Shown here piece after piece: positions 43,843 to 53,605 of a stretch of DNA of 55,778 bases. Position 1 is the stretch's first letter, and each line of letters opens with the position of its first letter. The stretch covers positions 1-55,778 of the forward strand of contig JBBRFT010000001.1 in NCBI GenBank assembly GCA_038241375.1, read 5' to 3'. A program made the position numbers and the translations under genes. The DNA comes from Spirochaetota bacterium. Its GTDB lineage: Bacteria; Spirochaetota; UBA4802; UBA5550. The notes beneath the pieces are model-generated. The model had not been told where the DNA came from, made no database searches, and saw only the letters and a program-made list of their open reading frames with translations.

Positions 43843-45780
43843 ATGCTGAAGGCCCAAGCTTGTTGTTATTGTATATTTTTTAAGTCATTAAATCTAGTTA
43901 AGCATAAAAAAATAATTACTCAAAACAAAGTATATATGAAAAATGATGATTTTTTTCAAAAAATAGTCAGCCTTACCTCTGATATAATATGGGAGGTTGA
44001 TAAAAACTGGTGCTTCACTTCAATATCGGGAAAATTTAAAGAGTATATAGGTTATGCTGCTGATGAAGTTATAGGCAAAACTCTATTTTCTTTAATGCCC
44101 GGGAAAGAAGCGGAAAGACTCTCCATAATGTTTCACGAAATAACATCAAGAAGAGATTTTGTTACAGATGTTGAAATAAAGTTAATCAATGAAAAAGATA
44201 TTGTCAGCTATCTGAAGATAAATGCAATTCCTGTTTTCGATGAAAAAAATAATTTCAAAGGATACAAAGGCATTGCAAGAGATATAACTGATAAAAAAAA
44301 TATAGAAACAGCTTTAAAGATAAGTGAAAGACATCTCTTCACACTCATGAACAACCTCCCTGGAATGGCTTACAGAGGTCATTTCACCAATGATATTAAA
44401 AATAGTTTTAAAATGGATTTTGTAAGCGACGGATGTTATCAGCTGACAGGTTATACACCCTCAGATTTTATGGATATAGGATTATCGTCAGATTCTTTTA
44501 CACATCCCGAAGATACAAAAATGATTGATGAAACTATTTTAAAAGCTTTATCTGAAAAAAAACAGTTCGAGGTTCTCTACAGGATTATAACTGCTGATTC
44601 CATGCTAAAATGGGTAATGGCCAAGGGTTTCGGCATTTACAGCAAAGATAAACTTACAGGCATCGAAGGTTTTGCTTTCGATGTAACTGAAACAAGAGAT
44701 GCAATAAATTACGGCAGAATAAATGAAAACAGGTTCAGAAATCTTTTTGAAAAAAATCCGCAGGGCATTGCCTTAGGGGACAGAGACGGTTTTGTTATTA
44801 AGACAAATAAAGTCTGGAATAGAATGTTCGGCTATCCGGTCGATTATAAAGATAAAATTCATTTTACAGATTTAAGACAGGAGCAGGACAAAGAATCTGA
44901 TCTTCTGCTTTACAGATCTCTTTTTAAAGGAATAAATGAAACTTATAGGATTGAAAGACTTTCAGCCAAAAGTGATAGCACTACTTTCTGGTGCGATCTC
45001 ACTGTTGCATTGATAGAAGATCCAGAAGAAAAAGATATTTATGCAATAGGAATATATTCTGATATAACTGAAAGAAAAAATATTGAGGCTGAATTAAAAA
45101 GATTTCATGAAGAGCTGGAAATTCTCGTCTCAGAAAGAACAGAGGAGATAAACCGTCTGACTTTGCAGGTTATCAATTCGCAGGAGAATGAAAGGCAGAG
45201 AATTGCCATGGATCTCCATGACGGAGTCGGTCAGACTATCCTTGCTGCTAAGTATGCAATCAACAGCATAACAAGTGAAAACAGCAAAAACAAGACCCTT
45301 CTCGAACGCGGCAAACTTCTGATCGATATGGCCAGCCAGGAATTGCGGGAAGTCTATACCGGAATATACCCCTCCATGCTCAATGAGCTAGGACTGAATG
45401 ATACAATAAACTGGTTTATCAGAAATTTTCTTGAAACATCAGGGATTATAGTAAATCATAGAAATACTCTCATTACAAAGATATCACATAATTTATCAGT
45501 AAATATCTTCAGAATTATCCAGGAAATTTTCAACAATATAGTAAAACATTCCGAAGCACTATCAGTCGATGTTTCTTTGACTCAGACATTACAGTTTATT
45601 ATTATTGAGTTATCTGATGATGGAAAGGGATTTAATATTGAAGAAAGAAAAAAAACAAGCACAGGTGCAGGTCTTATTAACATACGACAAAGAGTTGAAC
45701 ACCTCAACGGTAATATTGAGATGGAATCCCTACCAGGACGAACCTGGATAAAAATTCAAATACCGATGGAAAAAGAATGA
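43843..45780 (+). CDS. Cytoplasmic multi-PAS sensor histidine kinase (HisKA_3 / NarX-type)
   Basis: About three PAS/PAC modules and a coiled coil. H-box ERQRIAMDLHDGVGQ, then HATPase (DDGKGF, GAGLINIRQR). The start may instead be the ATG at 43936. Confidence 0.85.
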   Translation: MLKAQACCYCIFFKSLNLVKHKKIITQNKVYMKNDDFFQKIVSLTSDIIWEVDKNWCFTSISGKFKEYIGYAADEVIGKTLFSLMPGKEAERLSIMFHEITSRRDFVTDVEIKLINEKDIVSYLKINAIPVFDEKNNFKGYKGIARDITDKKNIETALKISERHLFTLMNNLPGMAYRGHFTNDIKNSFKMDFVSDGCYQLTGYTPSDFMDIGLSSDSFTHPEDTKMIDETILKALSEKKQFEVLYRIITADSMLKWVMAKGFGIYSKDKLTGIEGFAFDVTETRDAINYGRINENRFRNLFEKNPQGIALGDRDGFVIKTNKVWNRMFGYPVDYKDKIHFTDLRQEQDKESDLLLYRSLFKGINETYRIERLSAKSDSTTFWCDLTVALIEDPEEKDIYAIGIYSDITERKNIEAELKRFHEELEILVSERTEEINRLTLQVINSQENERQRIAMDLHDGVGQTILAAKYAINSITSENSKNKTLLERGKLLIDMASQELREVYTGIYPSMLNELGLNDTINWFIRNFLETSGIIVNHRNTLITKISHNLSVNIFRIIQEIFNNIVKHSEALSVDVSLTQTLQFIIIELSDDGKGFNIEERKKTSTGAGLINIRQRVEHLNGNIEMESLPGRTWIKIQIPMEKE

Positions 45781-46442
45781 ATAAAATAAGCATATTCCTT
45801 GCCGATGATCATGTTATATTGAGAGAAGGATTAAAGCATATATTACTGGAAGATAACAGCATTGAGATTATCGGTGAAGCAGGAGACGGCAGAGAAGCCC
45901 TTGAAAAAATTGATAAACTGAAACCCGATATTGCCATACTCGACATATCCATGCCCACACTCTCCGGGCTTGAAGCCGCGAGAGTTATCCGCAAATATAA
46001 TAAAAACATTAAACTGATTATTCTTACCCGCCATGATAATGAAGAATACGTTCATCAGGCTATTAAAAACGGAGTTAATGGCTTTATACTAAAAGACAGT
46101 GCCGGCGATGACCTTTTAAAAGCGGTAAGAGATGTCATGAACGGCAACATTTATCTCAGTCCGAAGATAGTGACAAATATTGTTAAATCAGGAATGGCTG
46201 AACCAGGCAGTAAAGACAGAATAAAGTTAAAATCTGAAAAAAAAGAACTGCTGACAAATAGAGAGAAAGAAGTGCTCAAGCTTGTAGCAGAAGGTAAATC
46301 AAGCAACGACATTGCTGCACTGCTCAAAATATCTCCTAAAACCGTAAAGGTCCACCGTCTCAATATAATGAATAAACTTGATATACGCAACATAACTGCA
46401 CTTGTAAAGTATGCAATCAAATCCGGCATGATTGATATTTAA
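45777..46442 (+). CDS. NarL/FixJ-family response regulator (REC + LuxR HTH)
   Basis: FLADDH, ILDISMP, then LTNREKEVLKLVAEGKSSNDIAALLKISPKTVKVHR. ATGA overlap with the kinase gene. Confidence 0.9.
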   Translation: MNKISIFLADDHVILREGLKHILLEDNSIEIIGEAGDGREALEKIDKLKPDIAILDISMPTLSGLEAARVIRKYNKNIKLIILTRHDNEEYVHQAIKNGVNGFILKDSAGDDLLKAVRDVMNGNIYLSPKIVTNIVKSGMAEPGSKDRIKLKSEKKELLTNREKEVLKLVAEGKSSNDIAALLKISPKTVKVHRLNIMNKLDIRNITALVKYAIKSGMIDI

Positions 46443-46610
46443 TCTGGTTTGCAAACTAAGTACATGGTAGTAGCTATAACTCATAATAAATAAGCACCGT
46501 ATCATAGACTTTTAGTACTTTTACCATATTTACAGATTTAACCGCATATTATATACACAAGCTATGAAAAGTAATGCATTTTCTTACTTAACAATAGAAC
46601 AGGTAAAAAT

Positions 46611-48326
46611 ATGAACTGGTTTAAAAATCTCCGTGTTGCGTACAAAATTTTAATAAGCTGCTCCATTCTAATACTGATGCTTATTGCTGTTGTTTTCTTT
46701 TCGGTCACTTCAATGATGAAAATTGAACACACCGTCAAAGATTTTACCATCAATAGCGTCATGCCGGTTATTAAGATGGACAGTATTGCAAAGAATCTTC
46801 TTCAAGGAAGAATTAACATGTATGCAGTCTACTTTTTAGCTGCAGACAAAGATAAAGCTGGAATTGAAAGTCTTCAGCAGGAATCTCTTCTGATAAGGGA
46901 AGATAATGTTAAAATTTTAAAGTTTCTTAAAGAACGATCAATGACTGAAGCTGAAAAGAATCTCACAGATAAATATGAAAAACTCCATATAGAACTCGGA
47001 TCTATAATGAAAAATTACCTGGAAACCCTTGCAACGGGGGATAAGTTAAAAATAACAGCTGCGATGAACGCATGGGTCGACAAGTATCAAGTTGTAAAAG
47101 ATACCCTCAATGAACTTCATAGTGAAACCATGAAAACCGGATCAGACAAAATCACAAGTGAATTTGGACAAATGAAACTTATAACTATTTATATGTTTAT
47201 CATCATGCTATTCTCGGTAATTGCAGGAATTTTTATTACCGTAAGGCTAAGCAGGTCTATTTCAGGACCCGTAAAGCAGGGACTCGATTTTGCCATGAAA
47301 CTGGCAGTGGGAGATTTCACAGGAAGGATTAACCTCGATCAGACTGATGAACTTGGAATGCTTGCTCGGGCCCTGAATGATGCTGCAGACAAACTCGAAA
47401 ATACTGTTACTGAAATAATCGGCGCATCGAACAACCTTGCACAGGCGGTTGAACAGATTGCTTCAGGCAACCAGAACCTTTCACAGCGCACAAGTGAACA
47501 GGCAAGCGCACTTGAAGAAGTTGCAGCAACAATTGAAGAAGCCAATTCATCAATAAATCAGAATTATGAAAACTCCATACAGGCAAACAGGATGTCAGAA
47601 TCATCATCTGCTATTGCTGTAAACGGCGGAGAACTTGTTGGTGAAGCGGTACAATCAATAAATGAAGTTAATGCAAGCGCAAAAAAAATCGGCGAAATTA
47701 CAACAGTTATAAATGAAATCGCTTTTCAGACAAACCTGCTTGCGCTCAATGCAGCAGTTGAAGCTGCAAGGGCTGGAGAACAGGGACGCGGATTTGCAGT
47801 CGTAGCGGGTGAGGTAAGAAACCTTGCACAGCGCGCGGGCAACGCTGCGAAAGAGATCGCCAACCTTATCCATGACACTGTCACAAAAGTTGAAAACGGC
47901 ACTGAAAAAACATATAAAAGCGGTGAGTCTCTAAGGGAGATAATAGAGTCTGTTAAAAACGTTGCGAAAGTTGTAAGCGAAATCGCTGCATCTTCAAACG
48001 AACAGAGACAGGGCATGGATCAGATTGCCACTGCAATTTCAGATCTGGACTCGATGACGCAGCATAATGCCGCCCTTGTTGAAGAGACTGCAGCAGCAAG
48101 CGAAGAGATGGCAAATCAGTCGCAGGAACTGATGAGCCTTATGACACAGTTTAAAATAAGAACTGAAATAAAACAGTCAAAAACGGAAACACTTCAAAAG
48201 CCGGCCGTTAGAACAATTAATAGTAAAACCAATATGGCCGGCGGAAACGGAAAGGATAAGACAGTTGCACATGGTAAAGAAAATAAATCCGAGACGTTTG
48301 AAAATGAAGGATATGAAAGGTTCTAA
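46611..48326 (+). CDS. Methyl-accepting chemotaxis protein (TM - sensor - TM - HAMP - MA domain)
   Basis: Highly conserved hairpin region [40 protein letters not shown]. Confidence 0.9.
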   Translation: MNWFKNLRVAYKILISCSILILMLIAVVFFSVTSMMKIEHTVKDFTINSVMPVIKMDSIAKNLLQGRINMYAVYFLAADKDKAGIESLQQESLLIREDNVKILKFLKERSMTEAEKNLTDKYEKLHIELGSIMKNYLETLATGDKLKITAAMNAWVDKYQVVKDTLNELHSETMKTGSDKITSEFGQMKLITIYMFIIMLFSVIAGIFITVRLSRSISGPVKQGLDFAMKLAVGDFTGRINLDQTDELGMLARALNDAADKLENTVTEIIGASNNLAQAVEQIASGNQNLSQRTSEQASALEEVAATIEEANSSINQNYENSIQANRMSESSSAIAVNGGELVGEAVQSINEVNASAKKIGEITTVINEIAFQTNLLALNAAVEAARAGEQGRGFAVVAGEVRNLAQRAGNAAKEIANLIHDTVTKVENGTEKTYKSGESLREIIESVKNVAKVVSEIAASSNEQRQGMDQIATAISDLDSMTQHNAALVEETAAASEEMANQSQELMSLMTQFKIRTEIKQSKTETLQKPAVRTINSKTNMAGGNGKDKTVAHGKENKSETFENEGYERF

Positions 48327-48398
48327 AGCCGTATTGGCATAAACAGATATTTCAGCTGCTGATATTTTAAATCAGATTTAACTAACACGAGGTTCAAA

Positions 48399-48902
48399 AT
48401 GCGGGATGTGCTTGAGAGAAAAGATATAAAACACAAAATGTCGGACACAACAAGTCAAATGTATGTAACCTTTAAGATTGATGATGAAACTTACGGTATA
48501 GATGTCAATCGCGTACAGGAAATTATCGGAATAATACCGATATCACATATTCCCAATGCAGCGGATTACTTGAAAGGTGTAATCAATTTAAGGGGAAAAG
48601 TCGTTCCGGTAATTGATGTCAGAGTAAAATTCAGGATGAACACAAGAAATTATGATTCGACAACGGTTATACTTATAGTTGAATTAAAAGATAGTTCAAT
48701 CGGCCTTATAGTCGATTCAGTAGCTGATGTAATAGATATTTCATCGGAATCAATTCATGATTATTCCGGGGTTGATGCAAAAATGAAATCCGGATCTATT
48801 ACCTCCATTGCAAGCTATAATGACAACCTTATACTTTTACTCGATCTTGATGAAATGATTGAGTACGAAGAAATCTTATCTGTTGAATTACCGCAGGATT
48901 AA
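48399..48902 (+). CDS. cheW: Chemotaxis coupling protein CheW
   Basis: YGIDVNRVQEI, GVINLRGKVVPVIDVR and GLIVDSVADV blocks. Confidence 0.9.
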   Translation: MRDVLERKDIKHKMSDTTSQMYVTFKIDDETYGIDVNRVQEIIGIIPISHIPNAADYLKGVINLRGKVVPVIDVRVKFRMNTRNYDSTTVILIVELKDSSIGLIVDSVADVIDISSESIHDYSGVDAKMKSGSITSIASYNDNLILLLDLDEMIEYEEILSVELPQD

Positions 48903-48922
48903 ATTCAAGGTTATATAATACT

Positions 48923-49372
48923 ATGGAATCTAAACAGAAAACCATACTTTTAGTTGAAGACCAGATTGTTGCCGCTGCGCCTGTAATTAATATTTTAAAA
49001 AATTCCGGTTATAACCCCATTTATGTTATGCGGGGCGAGGACGCTGTAAATATTATAGAAACCGGAACACTAATTGATGTTATTGTAATGGATATTGATC
49101 TGGGTCCTGGAATCTGTGGTATAACTGCTTTTGAGCAGATTAATTCAATTCGTCAATTGCCGGTATTATTCTTCACCAGTCATCCTGAGGAAATTATTAA
49201 AGAAAGAACCGGCGAAATACATTATTTAAACTACTTATCAAAAAAAAGTGCATTAGCATCACTGGTGATGTCTATTGAGAAAACATTTTTTTCTTTTAAT
49301 TTTTTACATGAGATAAGTACGGAATTTCATGATATAAAACCATCCTTAATAAATATACCGCAAAAGGATTGA
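48923..49372 (+). CDS. Receiver-domain protein (CheY-like, divergent)
   Basis: ILLVEDQ, VIVMDIDL, FFTSH and YLSKK occupy the receiver motif positions. The C-terminus is atypical. Confidence 0.7.
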   Translation: MESKQKTILLVEDQIVAAAPVINILKNSGYNPIYVMRGEDAVNIIETGTLIDVIVMDIDLGPGICGITAFEQINSIRQLPVLFFTSHPEEIIKERTGEIHYLNYLSKKSALASLVMSIEKTFFSFNFLHEISTEFHDIKPSLINIPQKD

Positions 49373-49392
49373 TCACTCTGAACTCCCGCTAA

Positions 49393-49569
49393 ATCAAAAC
49401 AGGTTTAATACAACACCATACTCCGGCACATAGACTGGAACTTCAGGATATTTTTTTTTCATGACTTCCGCAAATTCCGATGTATCAACATCCATACTTC
49501 CCAGATGAAGTATTTCCTTTCCGGAGCATTTTACATGATAGACAAATACCGGACCGCAAATATAATCCA
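49393..49569 (-). CDS. Possible small ORF (58 aa) downstream of the repeat-B promoter
   Basis: Hand translation gives MDYICGPVFVYHVKCSGKEILHLGSMDVDTSEFAEVMKKKYPEVPVYVPEYGVVLNLF. There is no Shine-Dalgarno site, and it is below the track cutoff. Confidence 0.3.
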
Positions 49570-49633
49570 TGTGAATTTTATTGATTAAAAAAACTGCGTT
49601 AAAACTGTAGAGTTTTTACATAAAATCTCTACA

Positions 49634-49820
49634 GATAAAGGATCATAATGAATTTTATCCGGATCTTCAACAAGTAACAAACTTGACAAAATGTCCACTA
49701 CAAGTCTCAGTTAATTAAATTTTGCGATTCGCGCTATTGTTAAAAAAACAGCATTTCCTATGATTGCATACTTACATCCATTAAATAAATTAAGTCAACA
49801 CCTTTATATCTTCTAAAATT
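49634..49820 (-). repeat. ~185-bp direct repeat, copy B
   Basis: See copy A. Confidence 0.8.
49651..49679 (-). promoter_or_regulatory. Sigma70 promoter inside repeat B
   Basis: Minus strand TTGTTA, a 17-nt spacer, then TAAAAT. Confidence 0.55.
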
Positions 49821-50154
49821 TGAAAATTTTTCAAGGAGATCTTACCTGTTTTGCAAACGGCTTAAAATACCCGCCGATTATAACATGCGTTTAGCGAGCA
49901 TCTTAATCGCGTTATCAGCAGGTCATAAATATACCATATCTTTAATCATATATTTTAAACAATCGGGGTAGACTTCCGGATTTTTTTGAAATGAATTTTC
50001 AATTGCTTTTACCCAGGTTCGTGTTTCAATTTTTTTTATTTTTTCATCGATTTCGTGAGCCCAGGTACCACTTTTTTGACACAAAAGTGATGTCCGATAC
50101 GACAGTGGTTCGAGGGTCTCACCAGCCGAACTGCAGAGTTCGAAACATTTTTTT

Positions 50155-50405
50155 ATGTTTATGGTAAAAGAGTTTCAAAACAAAAAGAGAATGCAATAAG
50201 AACAACCGGAAAGCCCAGAGTACAACGAGCAGAAGCCGATAATGCAGGTTCATGACGAACTTGTATTTGAAGTGTACGGGGGTGAGTAAACAGTATGGAG
50301 GATATGACCCTTGATAAAATGAAGAATGCGATTAAACTGAATAAAATTGCTCCCCGCCGCGCATTCGGAATCCAGGAAAAGATTCCGACGATTTTGTTAA
50401 TAATA
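50155..50405 (+). pseudogene. Decayed relic of a polA 3' end
   Basis: It reads ...MVKEFQNKKRMQ-stop-EQPESPEYNEQKPIMQVHDELVFEVYGGE-stop, then after a 1-nt deletion MEDMTLDKMKNAIKLN, a 39-nt GC-rich insert, and IPTILLI. The intact polA reads MQVHDELVFEVHEDEKTVMEDMIRDKMENAIKLNVPVIVEI. Confidence 0.75.
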
Positions 50406-50418
50406 TTTATTCCTCAAA

Positions 50419-51123
50419 TTACTTCTTCCAGGCGTAAATCACCACACTCTTCGGAAAAAAATAATTTACAAAAAGTTCCGCCTTCCGCATAAACTTCGAA
50501 AAGAGCCCCAGAGTCAAAAATTTATGGTACCCCTTCGTCATGGGATGTTCCGCGTTATTAAGTCCCACAACACATCTGATAATCCACCAGATCGTATGAA
50601 AAGAATGCTTAAAACCGACAGCATATACTTCAAGACCGTTCTTCCGCATAATCTCCGCAAGCTCTGAAGGGAAATATTTCCTGACGTGACCGCCCGGCGA
50701 TGTAAAATATTCATACGTCAATGTGTCATATATTATCTCGCTGAAAAATGTCGGAACAGTAATTGCAATTCTTCCGTTTGTCTTAAGAACTCTTGCCAGT
50801 TCCGAGCAGGCCTTGAAATCGTCATCAACATGTTCCATAACTTCTGAACATATTATCCGGTCAAAAGTTCCAGTTTTAAATGGAAGGTTAAGAGCGTCAC
50901 CTACATGAGTTACGAAACTCGCACCCTCCGGCGATCCGCCGCTCTGCTTCATACTGGCAAGCGTATAGCGTGTCTTCAGAAGAGATCCGATATCAAGATC
51001 CATACAGAACACCGATGCGCCGCGTCTCATAAATTCAATTGAGTGCCTTCCGAGCCCGCATCCGGCATCGAGAACAACATTTCCTTTCTGAACTGCCAGC
51101 CTGTCAAAATCAACTGTGAGCAT
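50419..51123 (-). CDS. Class I SAM-dependent methyltransferase
   Basis: VLDAGCGLGRHS motif I and FDRIICSEVMEHV. I prefer the ATG at 51123 (MLTVDFD...) to the Arg-rich extension from 51186. Confidence 0.85.
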   Translation of the reverse strand: MLTVDFDRLAVQKGNVVLDAGCGLGRHSIEFMRRGASVFCMDLDIGSLLKTRYTLASMKQSGGSPEGASFVTHVGDALNLPFKTGTFDRIICSEVMEHVDDDFKACSELARVLKTNGRIAITVPTFFSEIIYDTLTYEYFTSPGGHVRKYFPSELAEIMRKNGLEVYAVGFKHSFHTIWWIIRCVVGLNNAEHPMTKGYHKFLTLGLFSKFMRKAELFVNYFFPKSVVIYAWKK

Positions 51124-52348
51124 CGATAACCCCCTTGTACATCTCTTCCATCTCCCGCGCCGCGTTCTCCCAGGTGAAGACTTCAAGGATTCTTTTACGC
51201 GCGGCTTTACCCATCTTTTCCCGGATATGGGGGTTATCTATAAAGAAATCTATCGCCTCTGCAAGCGCGTAGGGATCTCTCGATTTAACAACATAACCTG
51301 TTTTCATATGTTCACCAACAACTTCAGGGAGAGCCCCTCCGTCTGATGAAATAAGCGGAAGTTCGCAAGCCATTGCTTCAGCTGCAGGGAAACCGAATCC
51401 TTCGTACAATGAAGGTGAAACCGCAATCTGATGCTGCGAATAAAGCTCTATAAGTTTTTCACCCGGAATCTTCCCGGTAAAATGCACACGGTCATTAATT
51501 CCGAAATTATCGATCCATTTTGTAACATAACGCCTGTTAGGAGCTCCACCGTCAACGACAGTGAGATGAACTTTATTTTTAGTAAGAGTGAGCGCCTTGA
51601 GCAGATAAACAACGCCCTTCTTCCTGTCTTCAACATTACCGACAAAAATAAGACTGTTCTCTTTTTTCTTAACTCCCGGCAAAGGCCTGAATATACTGGT
51701 GTCGAGCCCGTTATACACAACACTCATCTTCTCCGGCTTAACACTAAAAGCTTTAGCAATCTCAACCTTCGCATCGTGAGAAACTGTAAGAATATGATCC
51801 ATCCGTCTTGCAACAAAACCCTGCATAATCAGCGGATAATAGAGAACTCTCTTAACTTTAAGAAGAAAATCCGAGGGATACTCAAACCATGTAGTCCGGT
51901 CAATCGACAGAGGGTGATGTATTGTCGAAATAAACGGCACACCAAAATTCTTGATAAGAAGAAAACCATATCCAAGACTCTGATTGTCATGTATAACATC
52001 GAATTTGTGTGTTTTCAAAAGCTCTTTAAGTTTAAAATACGCACGGAAAGAGAAAGTCTCAATCTCGGGAAATATCCCGAGTTTTGACGCGACAAACTCA
52101 TAAAAATTTAAAGGCTTCAGTGTCGCGAAGGGTTTGTGAGGTTTTATATAATTAGTTTTATTATTAAAATAGTTATGGTTGCTCACGTAATGGATGTGAA
52201 CGCCCTCCATTGGAGGGAAATAGGGCGGCCCCTGTATAACATGAACTTCATGACCAAGCTTCACCAGTTCGCGGGCGATATACATTGTGTAAATCCCCTG
52301 GCCTCCGCAGTATGGATTACCTCTATATGTAAGCAGACAGATCTTCAT
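51110..52348 (-). CDS. GT4-family (GT-B) glycosyltransferase, paralogue 2
   Basis: N-terminus YRGNPYCGGQGIY. C-terminal EGFGFPAAEAMA (EX7E region). Confidence 0.85.
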   Translation of the reverse strand: MKICLLTYRGNPYCGGQGIYTMYIARELVKLGHEVHVIQGPPYFPPMEGVHIHYVSNHNYFNNKTNYIKPHKPFATLKPLNFYEFVASKLGIFPEIETFSFRAYFKLKELLKTHKFDVIHDNQSLGYGFLLIKNFGVPFISTIHHPLSIDRTTWFEYPSDFLLKVKRVLYYPLIMQGFVARRMDHILTVSHDAKVEIAKAFSVKPEKMSVVYNGLDTSIFRPLPGVKKKENSLIFVGNVEDRKKGVVYLLKALTLTKNKVHLTVVDGGAPNRRYVTKWIDNFGINDRVHFTGKIPGEKLIELYSQHQIAVSPSLYEGFGFPAAEAMACELPLISSDGGALPEVVGEHMKTGYVVKSRDPYALAEAIDFFIDNPHIREKMGKAARKRILEVFTWENAAREMEEMYKGVIDAHS

Positions 52349-53586
52349 ACTCTGCTCCTGTATTCCTTAATTACATCTTTATAAACTTCAAGTGTATTCT
52401 TTGCTGCAACGGACCAGGCAAAGTTATCAACAGCCCATTTACGCCCGTTTTTACCCATCTTTTCACGCATTTTTTTATTCTTCAGAAGTTTCATAATCCC
52501 GTCTTTCAGTGCCACAGGATCCATGGGGGGAACAAGTATTCCACAGTCGGGCGACACAACCTCTTTGAGCGAACCGGCTGTAGTAACCACAACTGGAGTC
52601 TGACACGACATAGCCTCAACTGCTGGAAGTCCGAAACCCTCGAAAAGTGACGACATTACAAGAATAGTTTTACGGCTGTACATGCTGACAAGCTGATCAT
52701 AGCTCAGCTTCCCGGTAAACTTAACTCTGTGTCCTAGATTATACTTTTTGATAAGGTCACCTGCAGTCATCTTCTTCGGAGGTCCGTCATCAACGATTGT
52801 AAGCGTAACCTCTTCAGGAAGCATTGTCATCGCTTCGAAGAGATAGACAAGTCCCTTCTTTGTATCCTCGGTGTTCCCGACAAAGAGAAGAGCATTCTCC
52901 TCTCTCGGTTCGCCGGTATTCTGAAACATATCAACATCCATACCGTTGTAGACAACGGAGACTCTCTCTTTCTTAACCCTGAAAGCTTTCTTCAGCTCAT
53001 CTACACCTTCATGGAATGAAGTAATAATTCTGTCGATTCTCCTGATTACAAAGCCCTGCATAACAAGCGGATAGAAAAGAATCGTTGTAGTCTTATCCCA
53101 GATTCCCCAGTTCCTCTGCAGATCAGCCTCCCTGTCTTTAGTAAGAGGGTGATGAACCGTAGTCACGATGGGGATTCCGTAACCCTTCATAGGAACCGTT
53201 GCCCATCCGAGAGATTGTATATCATGAATAAGATCATATCTTTTTGTTTTTAGAATCTTCTCCAGAGCAAAGAAAGCCCTGAAACTGAATGTCTCCATCT
53301 CGGGAAAGAGATGAAGCCGTGTTAAAACATAATCGATAAAGTTCCATGGAGAGAGTATTCTCTTCAATTTTTCAAGCGGGATATCTTTCGTCTTGATTGA
53401 CCACATATTAAGATTCTCGATTTTGTAGACTGTCGCCCATTCTTCAAGAGGATCGGGATATGGAGGACCCACCATGACGTCCACGGTCACACCGAGCTTC
53501 GCAAGCTCTTTTGAAAGATTGTAAATGTATATCCCCTGCCCTCCGCAGTAGGGATTACCTCGATAACCAAGAATTAAAACTCTCAT
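52345..53586 (-). CDS. GT4-family (GT-B) glycosyltransferase, paralogue 1
   Basis: N-terminus YRGNPYCGGQGIY. C-terminal EGFGLPAVEAMS. 4-nt overlap with the next gene. Confidence 0.85.
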   Translation of the reverse strand: MRVLILGYRGNPYCGGQGIYIYNLSKELAKLGVTVDVMVGPPYPDPLEEWATVYKIENLNMWSIKTKDIPLEKLKRILSPWNFIDYVLTRLHLFPEMETFSFRAFFALEKILKTKRYDLIHDIQSLGWATVPMKGYGIPIVTTVHHPLTKDREADLQRNWGIWDKTTTILFYPLVMQGFVIRRIDRIITSFHEGVDELKKAFRVKKERVSVVYNGMDVDMFQNTGEPREENALLFVGNTEDTKKGLVYLFEAMTMLPEEVTLTIVDDGPPKKMTAGDLIKKYNLGHRVKFTGKLSYDQLVSMYSRKTILVMSSLFEGFGLPAVEAMSCQTPVVVTTAGSLKEVVSPDCGILVPPMDPVALKDGIMKLLKNKKMREKMGKNGRKWAVDNFAWSVAAKNTLEVYKDVIKEYRSRV

Positions 53587-53605
53587 TTTATCTTCGTTAT
53601 TCTTA

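Larger units (their letters stand above)
42188..50237 (+). mobile_element. Inserted island at the polA 3' end (no integrase recognised)
   Basis: The functional polA 3' end (42188-42293) is repeated, in decayed form, at 50238-50343. I counted about 13 differences in about 106 aligned positions, including a stop codon and a 1-nt deletion. The ~8 kb in between carries a signalling cassette. Confidence 0.5.

Noticed and set aside
50100-50135. tRNA-like GGTTCGAGG sequence that might mark a tRNA attachment site for the island
   Set aside because: The flanks cannot form a T-arm, acceptor stem or anticodon arm on either strand. No tRNA gene was found anywhere in the window.
42348-50237. An integrase, transposase or excisionase gene within the island
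   Set aside because: None of the intact ORFs shows recombinase motifs, and the decayed frames I translated by hand do not resemble integrase C-termini (no R..HxxR..Y pattern). The mobile-element call therefore rests only on the duplicated polA end.
50295-50492. 65-aa plus-strand ORF from the track
   Set aside because: Its N-terminus, MEDMTLDKMKNAIKLN, is the decayed copy of the PolA C-terminus (MEDMIRDKMENAIKLN). The rest runs antisense into the methyltransferase gene. It is treated as part of the polA relic, not as a gene.
51431-52087. 218-aa plus-strand ORF antisense to the GT4 gene
   Set aside because: It lies entirely within a well-supported glycosyltransferase frame on the other strand. 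Its Asn/Ile/Lys/Arg-rich translation has no motifs. It is a typical antisense artefact in AT-rich DNA.
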